Positions 1-10,604 are shown, counted from the whole stretch's first letter. The stretch: 60,802 nucleotides of DNA, filler included, from Dehalococcoidia bacterium (GCA_040882355.1; 6 parts of 6 records of this genome joined end to end with filler, not necessarily neighbours in it), one strand, 5' to 3'. Program-made: numbers and translations. Notes: a model not told the origin generated them from the sequence alone.

Positions 1-82
1 CGAGGCCCTCCAGCCTCGCCGCGACGAGCCTTTCCAGGCTCAGCTACGTTTGCTTGCAGCCGACGCAGTATATACTCGCGTC

Positions 83-1573
83 GTGGGTGACGCGACCCCG
101 CCCGAGCCCCCAGACGCATCGCAGCCGTTGCGCCGGGCGCGCCGCGCGCTCGACGACGCCTATCTGCGCGCCGACCGCGCGCTCGATACGGGCCAGGCGC
201 GGGCGTTCCGCCTGCTCTGGTTCTTCCTGCCCGAGACCTCGATCGCGCGGGAGCCGCGCTTCCAGCAGGTGCTCGCCTCGCGCTTCCTGTCGGACGCGGG
301 CCAGCAAGCGCTCGCCTACGGGGCGCTGATCGCGGTCGTGCGGAGCGGCGGCTCGGCGTTCGAAGCGGCGCTGGTCGGCGTGGCGACGGTGCTGCCGGCG
401 GCGGCGCTGGGACTTGTGGGGGGCGCTGTCGCCGACCAGTTGCCGAAGCGAGTGGCGCTGGCCGCCGCCTACAACCTGCAGGCGCTCCTCTGTTTCGTGC
501 TGCCGTCCGTGGCCGGCACGGAGCTGGTCGCGATCCTGGCGCTGGTCTTCGCGGTGAGCGCGCTCGGTCAGGTCTCCGGGCCAACCGAATCGTCCGTGCT
601 GCCGCTCGTCGCCACGGACAAGCAGCTCGCGAGCGCGGCGTCGCTGGTGAACCTGGCGTCGTCGGCTGGCACCGCGTTCGGGACGGCGCTGCTCGCGCCC
701 GTCCTGGTGCGAGCCTTCGGCGTCGACGTCGTCTTCTACGTCGCCGGGGCGCTGCTCTTCCTCGCCGCGAGCCGCGTCTTCGATCTGCCGGCCCAGCACG
801 ACGAACCGACAGGTCCTCTGCGCCGTCCGCAGGTGCGGGTTCGGGCGACGATCGTGTGGCTGCTGCGCCGGCCGGCCGTGGCGTCGATGATCGCGGTGGG
901 TGTCGTTTCTGGCACGGCGAACCTGGTAATTCAGATGCTGGCACCCCTCTACGTGGCGTCGGTGCTGGGTCTGGACCCCGCGGAAGCGGTCTACGTCTTC
1001 GCACCGTCGGCGATTGGGCTGGTGACGGCGCTCGCCGTGGCGCCTGCCTTCATGCGCTGGCGAGGTGAGCGGATCGCGGCGCTGTGCGGCTTTGTGATCA
1101 CGACGGTCGCGCTGCTGTTGCTGGGCGACGCGGACGCGGCTGGCGCCGTGCTCGATCCGGTGAACCCGATCCGCCTCGTGGGCGTTGTCGGCATCGAGAT
1201 CGGCGAAGGGCTGCGCACTGCGGGCCTGATCGCGCTGTTCTTGGGCTTCGGCGTCTCCCTCACGACGACGTCGGTGCAGACGTATATCAACCGACGGGTG
1301 CCGCTGGTGTACCAGGGGCGGGCGTTCGCCCTGCAGAGCACGCTGAAGAACGGCGTGGCCATCGTCCCGCTACTCTCGCTGGGCGCGGCGGCGACGACGT
1401 TCGGCGTCGAGCGCGTGTTGCTGATCTCGCCGCTCGTGCTGCTGCTGGTTGTCTATGCGCTGATCCAGGTGAGCTTTCGCTTCACCGGCATCGCGGCGCC
1501 TTCGCACCTGGAGGTGGTGTCGTCGTTCTGGGAGGAGCCGGAGGAAGGCGAAGCGGACCTAGAGGAGACGTAA
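83..1573 (+). CDS. MFS transporter
   Basis: About 12 hydrophobic helices and an MFS motif A-like GAVADQLPKR. Start taken at GTG 83, 6 nt after TATACT (possibly leaderless); the ORF is open from TTG 50. Confidence 0.85.
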   Translation: MGDATPPEPPDASQPLRRARRALDDAYLRADRALDTGQARAFRLLWFFLPETSIAREPRFQQVLASRFLSDAGQQALAYGALIAVVRSGGSAFEAALVGVATVLPAAALGLVGGAVADQLPKRVALAAAYNLQALLCFVLPSVAGTELVAILALVFAVSALGQVSGPTESSVLPLVATDKQLASAASLVNLASSAGTAFGTALLAPVLVRAFGVDVVFYVAGALLFLAASRVFDLPAQHDEPTGPLRRPQVRVRATIVWLLRRPAVASMIAVGVVSGTANLVIQMLAPLYVASVLGLDPAEAVYVFAPSAIGLVTALAVAPAFMRWRGERIAALCGFVITTVALLLLGDADAAGAVLDPVNPIRLVGVVGIEIGEGLRTAGLIALFLGFGVSLTTTSVQTYINRRVPLVYQGRAFALQSTLKNGVAIVPLLSLGAAATTFGVERVLLISPLVLLLVVYALIQVSFRFTGIAAPSHLEVVSSFWEEPEEGEADLEET

Positions 1574-1611
1574 GGGTGTTTACGGGAACGCCCGTGCGCG
1601 ATTTCGCGTGT

Positions 1612-2412
1612 CTAGTGTGGCGGGCCGCCCATCTGCGCCATCATCGCGTCGACTGTTGCCTGATCAGGCCCGATGAAGGGTTCGAGGGCCGGGACCTTTG
1701 AAAGCGCCTTCATGAGATCGTCGGTGCGGCCATGGGCCGGCGGCAGGTGCGAGCTGAGGATGCTCGTAGGCTTGAGGTCCCACACTTCCTTCAACGCCTC
1801 ATCGAACTTGTGCTGATCGGCCATGGTGACCCAGGGGTGATTGGCCTGGTTCCAGATGTTGAATTTCTCCGCGAACTCGGCCTGCGGGACATCGCCGGCG
1901 TTGTCCACATGGGACGGGATGAACGAGCCGAACGCGTCTACTGAGAACAGCGCGCCGTTCGTCGCGTCGTACATGCCGATCGTCCCGGCTGAATCGAAGA
2001 TGGGAGTCGAGACGATGGCGAGATCACGGTCGCCGGCGCTGAAGCTCTGGCCGAGATTCACGCGAAACACGCGCTCCATCGGTACGTCAAACTCGCCGGT
2101 CAGCTTGCCGATCGTTGCCCAGTTCGCTACAAGTCGCGCGTTAGGCGCCGCCTCCAGTACCTCTTCGACATTGCCGCTGTGGTCGCGGTCCGCGTGGCTG
2201 AGGACGATCCACTTTAGTTCGACCGGATCGATCACGGACCGGAGGGTATCTAGGAAGGCATCCCGGTCGATAGGCGCGCAGGTGTCGAAGAGCACCGGCT
2301 CCCGCGCCTTGATCACGAAGGAGTTGATGGGGAGCAGCCCGAGGCCCGGGACGGGCGCGTACGAGGGAATGACGTGGGTGTCGTCGAAGGCGCGATAGGG
2401 GGTCTCGAGCAC
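1612..2412 (-). CDS. MBL-fold metallo-hydrolase (FprA/ODP-like diiron domain)
   Basis: SHADRDHSG (HxDxDH) motif, LFSVDAFG and C-terminal SSH; paralog at 60395. Confidence 0.85.
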   Translation of the reverse strand: MLETPYRAFDDTHVIPSYAPVPGLGLLPINSFVIKAREPVLFDTCAPIDRDAFLDTLRSVIDPVELKWIVLSHADRDHSGNVEEVLEAAPNARLVANWATIGKLTGEFDVPMERVFRVNLGQSFSAGDRDLAIVSTPIFDSAGTIGMYDATNGALFSVDAFGSFIPSHVDNAGDVPQAEFAEKFNIWNQANHPWVTMADQHKFDEALKEVWDLKPTSILSSHLPPAHGRTDDLMKALSKVPALEPFIGPDQATVDAMMAQMGGPPH

Positions 2413-2539
2413 TGTATGGGTCCTCTCTTGGGGATTGGGCGCCGTGACGGGCGCTCTCCTAGGCTAGCAGGGCTTTCCGTACGGGCAAGGGCCACTCGGA
2501 GCACAGCGTTGGTCCGCCAATCAAACGAGCCGTCGAGAG

Positions 2540-2902
2540 CTACATGTTGGGGAGCGCAGGCCCTTCCGCGCCGTCGTTCGGCGCGAAGATGCCCATCGCT
2601 CCGACGACCCGGTCGCGGGCGTCCCGGAGAAACAGCAAGCGGCCGGGAAAGCGCACGACGCGACCGTCCCGGCAGAGCACCGGGAGGTTGGCGGCGGGCT
2701 GATCGAGCTTTGGCGCGCCGCGGGCCACGGCATCGCTGAAGCCGGCCCAATGCCGCTCTCGATACGACTCGGGGACGATCAGATCGAGCGTCTGGCCGAT
2801 CGCGCTGGGCGCGTCGTAGCCGAAGAGCCGCTCAGCGCCCGGGCTCCAGACCCGGATGACGCCTTCGGCGTCGACCATGACGAAGGCATGCGTGTCGAGC
2901 AT
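2540..2902 (-). CDS. Stand-alone PAS domain protein
   Basis: DAEGVIRVWSPGAERLFGY...IGQTLDLIVPE is a PAS signature; no output domain. Confidence 0.85.
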   Translation of the reverse strand: MLDTHAFVMVDAEGVIRVWSPGAERLFGYDAPSAIGQTLDLIVPESYRERHWAGFSDAVARGAPKLDQPAANLPVLCRDGRVVRFPGRLLFLRDARDRVVGAMGIFAPNDGAEGPALPNM

Positions 2903-2921
2903 CGGTGGGCCTACAGAGGGG

Positions 2922-4097
2922 CTACGGGCCGCTCGACGGCTGGGGATGGGCGGCGGCGTGGTCCTGGATCGCCTTCACCACGGCCTGCTGGCCGGCGCTG
3001 CCGAGTCGCGCCTTGTTCGCGCGAGTCCACTCGTTCGAGCGGTCGAGCCAGGTCAGGCTGTCCTGGAACGCGGGCATCACGTAGCGCGCGAAGAGCTCGT
3101 AGCTGTGCAGCGTCTTCTCGCGGTCGGCCCATTCGTGCGCCAGGCCCAGGAAGCAGCCGAAGCCGCCCGATAGCTCCTGCACGCGCTTGATGCCGGCGAT
3201 AGCGCTCTCCGGCGTGCCGATGAACATCCCGAACGCGCCGTCCTCGGCCAGCGTGCGGCCCGATTCGACTTCGGTTCGGAAGGGCGCGCCGAGCGTGTTG
3301 ACGAAGTAGTCGTTGTTCCATGCCTTCATGCCGACCATCACGTCCTGAATCGCCTGCTCCTTCGTCTCAGCGAGGTGGAAGGGCGCAACGACGCGCCACC
3401 GGCTGCGGTCGGGCGCCGGTTGCCCGGCCTCATGCGCCGCTGTCTCGCAAAAGCCCCACTGGGTAGGCATCGCCATCAGCCCCTCCTCCGAGTACAGCGC
3501 CACGGAGAGCACACCCACGCCATGCTTGCCCGCGCACGACATGCCCGCGGGGCTGATCGTCGAGGCGACGGCGACGGGCAGCGGGCGCTGGACGGGCTTG
3601 AGCTGGAGTTGCGCCTCGTGCAGATCGAACCAGTCGGTCTCGCAAGTGACCGGCTCGTCGTCGTTGAGGAGGCGCATGATGATGCCGAGCGATTCGTCCA
3701 TCATCTCGCGCTGGCGTGTCGATTCCAATCCGAGGAAGGACGCGTCGGCGGCGAGCGCGCCCGGTCCGACGCCGAGCATCGCCCGGCCGCGGGTTAGGTG
3801 ATCGAGGAGGACAATGCGGTCGGCGACGAGGAACGGGTTGTGGTAGGGCAGGCTGACGACGCCCGTACCGAGGCGGATGCGCTGCGTGCGCTCGCCGGCG
3901 GCGGCGAGGAACACCTCGGGGCTGGCGCTGGTCTCCCAGCCGCCCGAGTGATGCTCGCCGGCCCAGACCTCGTCGAATCCGAGGTCGTCCAGCCAGGAGA
4001 TCAGGTCCAGGTCGCGGCGCAAGGCCAGCGTGGGGTTCTCGTCCTTGCGGTGGAACGGCGCCATGAAGATGCCGAACTGCATACGATAAGGCTGCAT
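2922..4097 (-). CDS. LLM-class flavin-dependent oxidoreductase (LimB-like)
   Basis: FGIFMAPFH, GFDEVWAGEHHS, IRLGTGVVSLPYHNP, LDHLTRGR. Confidence 0.9.
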   Translation of the reverse strand: MQPYRMQFGIFMAPFHRKDENPTLALRRDLDLISWLDDLGFDEVWAGEHHSGGWETSASPEVFLAAAGERTQRIRLGTGVVSLPYHNPFLVADRIVLLDHLTRGRAMLGVGPGALAADASFLGLESTRQREMMDESLGIIMRLLNDDEPVTCETDWFDLHEAQLQLKPVQRPLPVAVASTISPAGMSCAGKHGVGVLSVALYSEEGLMAMPTQWGFCETAAHEAGQPAPDRSRWRVVAPFHLAETKEQAIQDVMVGMKAWNNDYFVNTLGAPFRTEVESGRTLAEDGAFGMFIGTPESAIAGIKRVQELSGGFGCFLGLAHEWADREKTLHSYELFARYVMPAFQDSLTWLDRSNEWTRANKARLGSAGQQAVVKAIQDHAAAHPQPSSGP

Positions 4098-4189
4098 GAG
4101 CGCTCCTCTGCTTGCGGGGCGATGCTGCTGCCCATTGTACTAGCGCGCAGGTCAAATGTGTAGGCGAGCCATTGGCGGGCGCAGCCGGT

Positions 4190-4218
4190 TTGACAGGGAA
4201 ACGGGCGTGGTTTAGGCT
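4190..4218 (+). promoter_or_regulatory. Sigma70-type promoter for the TetR-hpt unit
   Basis: TTGACA-17 nt-TAGGCT. Confidence 0.65.
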
Positions 4219-4268
4219 TAGCGTGTCGGCACGTCTGTTCGCGTTTCGGCAGATAGCGAGGTTGGACG

Positions 4269-4913
4269 CTGGTTACCGTTCGAGCGCAGCCCGAAACCAA
4301 GACGCCCCGTCGATCCCGTCGCGGCCCGCTCACGCGCAAGCAGATCCTGGATGCGTCTCTTCGCCTCTTCTCCGAGAAGGGCTTCGCCCGCACCAGCGTG
4401 CGCGATATCGCCCAGGCGGCCGGCATCACGGACGCCGCGATCTACTACCACTTTGCTTCCAAGCGGGACCTCTTCGAAGCGCTCTTCGAGGAGCGCGGCA
4501 TTACCTCCGCGCTGAGCGAGCTGGAGCACTCGACGCCCACGCTGCCGCTCCTGCCGACGCTGACGAACATCGCGGTCGCGGCGCTCAACATTATGCAGCG
4601 TAACCGCGACTTCATGAAGGTGCTCTACGGCGAGGCGGTCGGCGAAGACGCCATCGCGACCGAAGACTATCGTCTCGTAACGGAGCGCTGGCGCAACGCC
4701 GAGGCGCGCATCCTGCTGGAGTTCATCGGGCGGGGCGAGCTGCCGCCGATCGACGTCGATACCACGGCGCGACAGCTCGTCGTGCTCTCGATCGGCGTCT
4801 TCATCGACGATCTGATGGCGGGGGAGGATCACAACGGTCCAGAGCCATCGCCCGAGCTAGCGGCGCGCATGCGGAGCGCGGTCGAACACTTCGTGCGGGG
4901 ACTCCAGACCTAG
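4269..4913 (+). CDS. TetR/AcrR family regulator (probable CTG start)
   Basis: The HTH TRKQILDASLRLFSEKGFARTSVRDIAQAAGITDAAIYYHF extends upstream of the GTG at 4398. In-frame CTG at 4269 follows a GAGGT RBS. Confidence 0.85.
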   Translation: MVTVRAQPETKTPRRSRRGPLTRKQILDASLRLFSEKGFARTSVRDIAQAAGITDAAIYYHFASKRDLFEALFEERGITSALSELEHSTPTLPLLPTLTNIAVAALNIMQRNRDFMKVLYGEAVGEDAIATEDYRLVTERWRNAEARILLEFIGRGELPPIDVDTTARQLVVLSIGVFIDDLMAGEDHNGPEPSPELAARMRSAVEHFVRGLQT

Positions 4914-4918
4914 CAGCG

Positions 4919-5848
4919 ATGAGCGCGAAGGCGGATGACGACGGGCCGGCCGCAGGCGCCGAGCCCGTTCGCTTTGCCCATAACAGCGAGGAGGAGTTCG
5001 CGCGCCTGCTCGACTTCTACGGCCTGGCCTGGGAGTACGAGCCTCATTCGTTTCCGCTGCGGGAGGAGGACGGCCGCATCCTGGAGGCGTTCACGCCGGA
5101 CTTCTACCTGCCCGACCTGAACATCTACATCGAGTTGACGACGCTGAAGCAGAGCCTCGTGACCGAGAAGCACCGGAAGGTGCGCCGCTTCCAGAAGCGC
5201 TACCCGGACCTGGAGGTGAAGCTCCTCCATCGCGCCGACTACCTGACCTTGCTGGCGAAATACGGCTTTGGGCCGTTTTCCGAGGTGGAAGTGGCCGGCA
5301 TTCACGAGGTGTTGATCAGCGCCCCCGAGATCGAGCGTCGTGTCGCCGAGCTGGGCGGGCAGATATCCCGCGAGTACACGGGCCGCGAGCCGTTGCTGAT
5401 CGGCGTGCTGCGCGGTGTCACCTGTTTCATGGCCGACCTGATCCGACACGTTTCGCTGCCGCTGGCGATCGACTATATGGCGATCTCGTCGTACGAGGGT
5501 GCCGAAGGCGGCGCGGTGCGCATCGTCAAGGACCTGGAGGAGCCGCTCGCCGGCCGTGATGTGCTCGTCGTCGAAGACATCGTCGATACCGGGATGACGT
5601 TGAATACGCTGTTGGATGGGCTGCGCCTGCGCCACCCGGCGAGCCTGAAAGTGTGCGCGCTGCTCGACAAGCGCGCCCGCCGGCTGGTCGACGTGCCGAT
5701 CGACTACGTGGGTTTCGAGATCCCGGATGAGTTCGTCGTGGGGTACGGGCTGGACTTTCGCCAGAAGTTCCGCAATCTGCCGTTCATCGCCACCCTGAAG
5801 CGCGACTGGCTGCGCTCCCGCGAGAAGACAAGCAGCGACCCCGAGTAA
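4919..5848 (+). CDS. hpt: Hypoxanthine phosphoribosyltransferase with an N-terminal PD-(D/E)XK-like domain
   Basis: C-terminal VLVVEDIVDTGMTL and EFVVGYGLD (HPRT); N-terminal WEYEP...FTPDFYLP...YIELTT. Confidence 0.88.
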   Translation: MSAKADDDGPAAGAEPVRFAHNSEEEFARLLDFYGLAWEYEPHSFPLREEDGRILEAFTPDFYLPDLNIYIELTTLKQSLVTEKHRKVRRFQKRYPDLEVKLLHRADYLTLLAKYGFGPFSEVEVAGIHEVLISAPEIERRVAELGGQISREYTGREPLLIGVLRGVTCFMADLIRHVSLPLAIDYMAISSYEGAEGGAVRIVKDLEEPLAGRDVLVVEDIVDTGMTLNTLLDGLRLRHPASLKVCALLDKRARRLVDVPIDYVGFEIPDEFVVGYGLDFRQKFRNLPFIATLKRDWLRSREKTSSDPE

Positions 5849-5970
5849 CCTTCTCCCGCGTCTCCGGTTTCACCCTCCACCGACTTTCCCCTCCGGCCCC
5901 CCTTGCGGGAAGCCCTCGGCTCGTATCGGCTTCGTCCACCGGTCGCCCGGTTGTCAGCCACTCGGGGTCG
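5836..5970 (-). ncRNA. Candidate structured small RNA
   Basis: 11-bp perfect terminal stem (5836-5846/5960-5970), internal GCGA- and GCAA-capped hairpins on the minus strand, and a consensus promoter directly upstream. Confidence 0.55.
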
Positions 5971-5976
5971 ATCACG

Positions 5977-6005
5977 AGACTATCACCAGCCACCTGAGTT
6001 GTCAA
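5977..6005 (-). promoter_or_regulatory. Sigma70 promoter with extended -10 for the ncRNA candidate
   Basis: Minus strand TTGACA-17 nt-TAGTCT with TGn before the -10. Confidence 0.7.
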
Positions 6006-6114
6006 GATGTAATCGGTCGAGTTGCACAAGTTCTTTTTCTCGCGAGAGCGCGGCCTTCGCCTGGTCCGGCTGATGCACGAGGCGCCACCATTCTAGCTGC
6101 ACCCAACAGCCCTC

Positions 6115-6188
6115 TTGACACGCTTGGGCCGAACGCCGATACTGGTAGCAGTGCTATTCTAGCAAGTCCTAAGTTTAGCAATCGCAGA
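6115..6188 (+). promoter_or_regulatory. Promoter and operator-like TAGC/GCTA repeats of a ferritin-like gene
   Basis: TTGACA-17-GATACT followed by TAGCAGTGCTA, CTAGCAAGTCCTAA and TTAGCAATCGCA; resembles 43335-43364. Confidence 0.6.
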
Positions 6189-6204
6189 TAGCGAGGAGGC
6201 TCTC

Positions 6205-6833
6205 ATGGCTATCGAGCAAGACACGATGCGAATGCTGAAGACAGAGTCCGCTGAGGCGGCGCCCGTCGACCTGAGCTGGCTGGACCTGAACCAGGCGTGG
6301 GGCATGCAGGCCAAGCCGGGCAAGCGCGGTCTTACGCTGGACGAGATCAACGTCGGCGAGTACGGCCCGCCCGGAGACGAGGCACACGAGCTCACCTATC
6401 ACGCGCGCGGCGCCGCCAAGCGCGAGGGCGTGCCGCGCACCGGCTACTACCTGGAGAAGAAGGCAGACGTCTGGTCGGACAACGCCACGATGTTGTACGA
6501 GGAGGCGGTGCAGCGCCAGTGGTCGTCCGCGACGGACATTCCTTGGGAGAAGATGGAGCCGCTGCCGGACGACATCGAGCGGGCGATGTGCCAGCTCTGC
6601 ACCTTTCTCACCGAGGTCGAGTTCATCGCGGGCGACACGCCGGGCCAGTGGGTGCCCAAGATCAGCAACGAGCATTTTGAGACCAAGCTCTTCCTCTGCA
6701 GCCAGATAATCGACGAAGCGCGTCACCTGGACGTCTTCCGAAAGCGAGCGCTCGCCAACGGGGGCGGCCTGCTCCAGTCCAGCCCGACGTCGTCGCTGCG
6801 CACGATCATCAACGCGCGCGACTTCACCGAGAT
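6205..6833 (+). CDS. Ferritin-like diiron protein, 3' end truncated by contig end
   Basis: FLTEVEFIA and DEARHLDVFRKRA; close paralog of 42203-43288. Confidence 0.85.
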
Positions 6834-6933
6834 NNNNNNNNNNNNNNNNNNNNNNNNNNNNNNNNNNNNNNNNNNNNTTAATTAATTAANNNNNNNNNNN
6901 NNNNNNNNNNNNNNNNNNNNNNNNNNNNNNNNN
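6834..6933. other. Artificial contig linker (also at 13377-13476, 19454-19553, 25346-25445, 31141-31240)
   Basis: N-run + TTAATTAATTAA (stops in all six frames) + N-run, always 100 nt. Confidence 0.98.
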
Positions 6934-6934
6934 G

Positions 6935-9900
6935 GGGTGGGCGACCCGTGCCGAGTCGTCGCCGCTCAGCCAGGTCGAGCGCCTGCGGGCAGGCGTCGCG
7001 CGGTTCGCCCGAGCGGCCTGGGGCGTCGTGCCCGTCGCCGCGCGCGTGGTAGTCGTTGCGGTGCCGGTGCTGACGGTCCTTTGGGGCCTCGCCTACTTCA
7101 ACATCTACTCGCGGCCCGTCACACGCGTCGAGGCCTCCGAGTGGATCTACGAGAACATCCCGGAAGGCGCCGTCATCTCCGGCGAAGGCTGGGACGACCA
7201 GCTCCCGGTCGGGCTGCAAGGCATCGGCGACATCAGCCGTTACCCGGAGATCGTCGGGTTCGCCAACTTCGACGTCGATAACGAGCAGAAGATCAACGGC
7301 GATGACGGTCTCGTCGAAGACCTCGACAGGGCCGAGTACATCATCCTTAGCAGCAACCGGCTCTCCGGCACGATCCCGCGCGTGCCTGTGAACTTCCCCG
7401 TCACGTCGCGCTACTACGAAGCGCTCTTCAACGGGGAGCTCGGCTTCGACCTCGTCGCGAAGTTCACGTCGAACCCGGAAGTGCTCGGCGTCTCTATCGA
7501 CGATACCGGCGCCGAGGAGGCCTGGACCGTCTACGACCACCCGCCGGTCCATATCTTCCACAAGACTTCTGACTACAGCCACGACCGCACCGTCTCCGTC
7601 CTGGGCGCCGACGGCTTCCAGGACGGCCTTGGCCTGACGCCTGTTGACGCGGGACGTAACGGCCTGCTCTTGCGACCGGACGCCCTGCAAGAGCAGCAGG
7701 AGGGGGGCACCTTCAGCGACATCTTCGACGAAGATAGCCTCACGAACGACGCTCCGCTCTGGACCTGGCTCATCGCCGTCGAGCTGATCTCGCTCGCCGC
7801 GCTGCCGGGCGCCCTGTTGCTCTTCCGCGCCCTGCCCGACCGCGGCTACCTGCTCGCGAAGCCGCTCGGCTTCCTCGTGCTCGCCTGGCTCGTCTGGCTC
7901 GGCGCCAGCATCGGCGTCGTCGACTTCACCCGCGGCACGATCACCATCGCGCTCGCGCTCATGCTCGTCGCGGGGGGCGTGATCGCCTACCTGACGCGAG
8001 ACGACCTGCGCGTCTTCGTCCGCGAACACTGGCGTTCGATCCTGTCCTGGGAGGCGTTGTTCCTGGGCGCGTTCGTCGTCTTCTACATTGTCCGCCTCAA
8101 CAACCCGGACCTCTGGCATCCGGGGCGCGGCGGCGAGAAGCCGATGGACTTCGCCTACTTCAATGCCGTCACCCGCAGCACGTCGATGCCGCCCTACGAT
8201 CCGTGGTTCGCCGGCGGCTACATCAACTACTACTACTTCGGTCAGTTCCTCGCCGCGACGGTCACGAAGTTCACCGGCATCATGCCCGAGGTCGCCTACA
8301 ACCTGGCCGTCCCGCTCTTCTTCGCGCTCGCCGTCGGCGCGACGTACTCGCTCGTCTTCAACATGACCGAAGCCGCCCGTCGCTTCGTGCGCCGCCGCCC
8401 TGAAGGGACGCGCATCGGCCCGCGCGGGCCTGTGCTCGCCGCGTTGGGCGCCGTCTTCATGGTGATGATCGCCGGCAACATGGGCGGCGCCGACCAGCTC
8501 ATCGCGAATTTCTCCGCGATCTCGCCCTGGCACGTGCCCGTACCGGTGCTCGGTGGCGCCGTCTCGACGCTCGGCGGCATCAAGGCGATGATCTTCGACG
8601 GCAAGGACCTCAATCTCCCGACCGACTGGTACTGGGGCCCCAGCCGCATCATCGAGTCGCCCGACCCGGCCGGCCAGCCTTCGCCGATCACGGAGTTCCC
8701 GTTCTTCACCTTCCTCTTCGCCGACCTGCACGCCCACATGATGGCGATCCCCTTCGCGGTCACGGCGCTCTCCGTCTCGTTCGCGGTCGTCCTCAACGCG
8801 ACGCGTCTCCTGCGCGAACGCGACGCCTTCCGGCGCTGGGCGGGCTGGGGCCTGATCGCTGTGCTAGCGCTGGTTATCGGCGCACTGCGCTGGATCAACT
8901 CGTGGGACTACCCGCCGTTCCTGATGATGGCCGTTGCCGCCATTGTCATCGCCGAGCGCTCAGCGGAGGGACGCTTCTCCGGCGCGATGTGGGGCCGCGC
9001 CGTGCTTCGCGCCGGGGTGCTCGTCGTGCTCACGATCGTGCTCTTCCTGCCGTTTCAGTCGAACTACGAGCTGCCGGCTACCGGCTTCCACCGCCTGCTC
9101 GACCGCCAGACGACGCCCTTCCATCAGTACGTCGCCCACTTCGCGCTCATGCTCTTCCTCGCGGGCGGCTTCGTCGCCTTCCTCGCGATGCGCGCGGCGC
9201 GACGCGTCGGTCGAGGCGGCTTCATGTGGCGTCTCGCAGCGTGGTTCGCGTGCGTCATGGTCGTGGCGACGCTGGCTGTCGCCCTCGTCGGTACCTTCGT
9301 CGACGCCGCAGGCCTGCCCTTCACCGTCACCGGCCTCACCGGCGGCGACTTCCTCCGCGACACCTGGTCGGCCATCCTCGAGCCGCTTCCCGGCCCGGAT
9401 CTCGTCGACGCCTCACCCGACGACCAGGGCGATCGCTTCGGCACGCCGGTCGTCGCCTTCGCGATCTTCGGTCTGGCGCTGATCGGCCTGCTCGCGTGGA
9501 TGAGCCGTAATCGCCTGCGCGGCGACGGCCCGATCAAGCTGTTCGCGCTCAGCATGCTTGCCGTCGCGCTCGTCCTCAGCGCCGGCGTCGAGCTGGCCGC
9601 GCTCGACGAGGACATCCAGCGCATGAACACCGTCTTCAAGTTCTACCTGCACACCTGGGTGCTCTTCGCCGCTGCTGCCGCTTTCGGTGGCTGGTACATC
9701 TTCGACGCTGTCCGGCCGCGCGTGTCCGTCCGCCTGCCGAGGTGGAGCGTGACCGGCTACCTGGCGCGTGGCTTCGCTGTGGGCGCCGTCGCGCTCGCGT
9801 TCGCCGCGCTGGTCTATCCGATCGTCGCGACGCCGCGGCGTGTCCAGGACCGCTTCGAGAACGAGGGCGCGCTCCACCCGCGCACCGACGATGGCCTCGC

Positions 9901-10381
9901 CTATATGCTCAGCGCCGTCTACCAGGACGAGAACGGCCCGCTCCGCCTCGCCGACGACTACGGCGCGATCAAGTGGATGCGCGACAACGTGGACGGCTCG
10001 CCGACGATCATGGAGGGCACGACGCCCAACTATCGCTGGGGGAGCCGCTTCGCCATCAACACGGGCCTGCCCGCAGTCGCAGCGTGGGACTATCACCAGA
10101 AGCAGCAGCGCGCCATGTTCAGCACGCTCATCGACCTGCGCAGGGAGGACGTCAAGCTCTTCTACGACACCACCGACGAGCCCGACGCCCAGCGCATCCT
10201 GAGGAAGTACGACGTCCAGTACGTCATCGTCGGCGACCTGGAGCGCGGCTACTACACCGAGGCCGGCATCGCCAAGCTGGAGCGCGGTCTAGGCGGCATG
10301 CTGCAGCTCGTCCACACCTCGGGCAACACCCAAGTCTACGAGGTCGTGCAGGGGGCGGCTCTGGTTTCCACCAGCCGCTAG
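6935..10381 (+). CDS. DUF2298 / Chloroflexi YYY membrane protein (GT-C-like), 5' end truncated
   Basis: [58 protein letters not shown]. Confidence 0.9.
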   Translation, partial: GWATRAESSPLSQVERLRAGVARFARAAWGVVPVAARVVVVAVPVLTVLWGLAYFNIYSRPVTRVEASEWIYENIPEGAVISGEGWDDQLPVGLQGIGDISRYPEIVGFANFDVDNEQKINGDDGLVEDLDRAEYIILSSNRLSGTIPRVPVNFPVTSRYYEALFNGELGFDLVAKFTSNPEVLGVSIDDTGAEEAWTVYDHPPVHIFHKTSDYSHDRTVSVLGADGFQDGLGLTPVDAGRNGLLLRPDALQEQQEGGTFSDIFDEDSLTNDAPLWTWLIAVELISLAALPGALLLFRALPDRGYLLAKPLGFLVLAWLVWLGASIGVVDFTRGTITIALALMLVAGGVIAYLTRDDLRVFVREHWRSILSWEALFLGAFVVFYIVRLNNPDLWHPGRGGEKPMDFAYFNAVTRSTSMPPYDPWFAGGYINYYYFGQFLAATVTKFTGIMPEVAYNLAVPLFFALAVGATYSLVFNMTEAARRFVRRRPEGTRIGPRGPVLAALGAVFMVMIAGNMGGADQLIANFSAISPWHVPVPVLGGAVSTLGGIKAMIFDGKDLNLPTDWYWGPSRIIESPDPAGQPSPITEFPFFTFLFADLHAHMMAIPFAVTALSVSFAVVLNATRLLRERDAFRRWAGWGLIAVLALVIGALRWINSWDYPPFLMMAVAAIVIAERSAEGRFSGAMWGRAVLRAGVLVVLTIVLFLPFQSNYELPATGFHRLLDRQTTPFHQYVAHFALMLFLAGGFVAFLAMRAARRVGRGGFMWRLAAWFACVMVVATLAVALVGTFVDAAGLPFTVTGLTGGDFLRDTWSAILEPLPGPDLVDASPDDQGDRFGTPVVAFAIFGLALIGLLAWMSRNRLRGDGPIKLFALSMLAVALVLSAGVELAALDEDIQRMNTVFKFYLHTWVLFAAAAAFGGWYIFDAVRPRVSVRLPRWSVTGYLARGFAVGAVALAFAALVYPIVATPRRVQDRFENEGALHPRTDDGLAYMLSAVYQDENGPLRLADDYGAIKWMRDNVDGSPTIMEGTTPNYRWGSRFAINTGLPAVAAWDYHQKQQRAMFSTLIDLRREDVKLFYDTTDEPDAQRILRKYDVQYVIVGDLERGYYTEAGIAKLERGLGGMLQLVHTSGNTQVYEVVQGAALVSTSR

Positions 10382-10604
10382 TGAAACGGGTCCCTTTAAC
10401 TCAAAGCGCAGCAAACAGTCTGGTTGCTGGTCGCTGGTACGCGTACTCGCCACACGATCACGCTCTCTCGTGGGCTTTACATGGGCAGGGCGGGGTGATG
10501 GCGTGACCCGATTCCATGAGTCTTCCAGGGCGCCCTGGTGCCCACCACGGCCTTGGCTGAACGGCCGTGGTTTTCCTAGGTTGAGGCTTGGACCTTATGA
10601 CATC

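Noticed and set aside
5928..5960. Hammerhead-like CUGA...GAA flanking a hairpin in the ncRNA candidate
   Set aside because: The core reads CUGACA/GGACGAAG rather than CUGANGA/GAAA, and stems I and III cannot be formed convincingly.
6834..6933. Recurrent TTAATTAATTAA palindrome within N-runs, and ORFs ending in X...LIN
   Set aside because: Artificial contig-joining linker; not a biological repeat, and it gives no gene adjacency.
6878..8737. Long antisense or alternate-frame ORFs (also 12086-13360, 20709-21803, 21439-23058, 28761-31004, 34917-36494, 39392-40954, 44681-46066)
   Set aside because: Shadow ORFs of real genes in high-GC DNA; no recognisable motifs.
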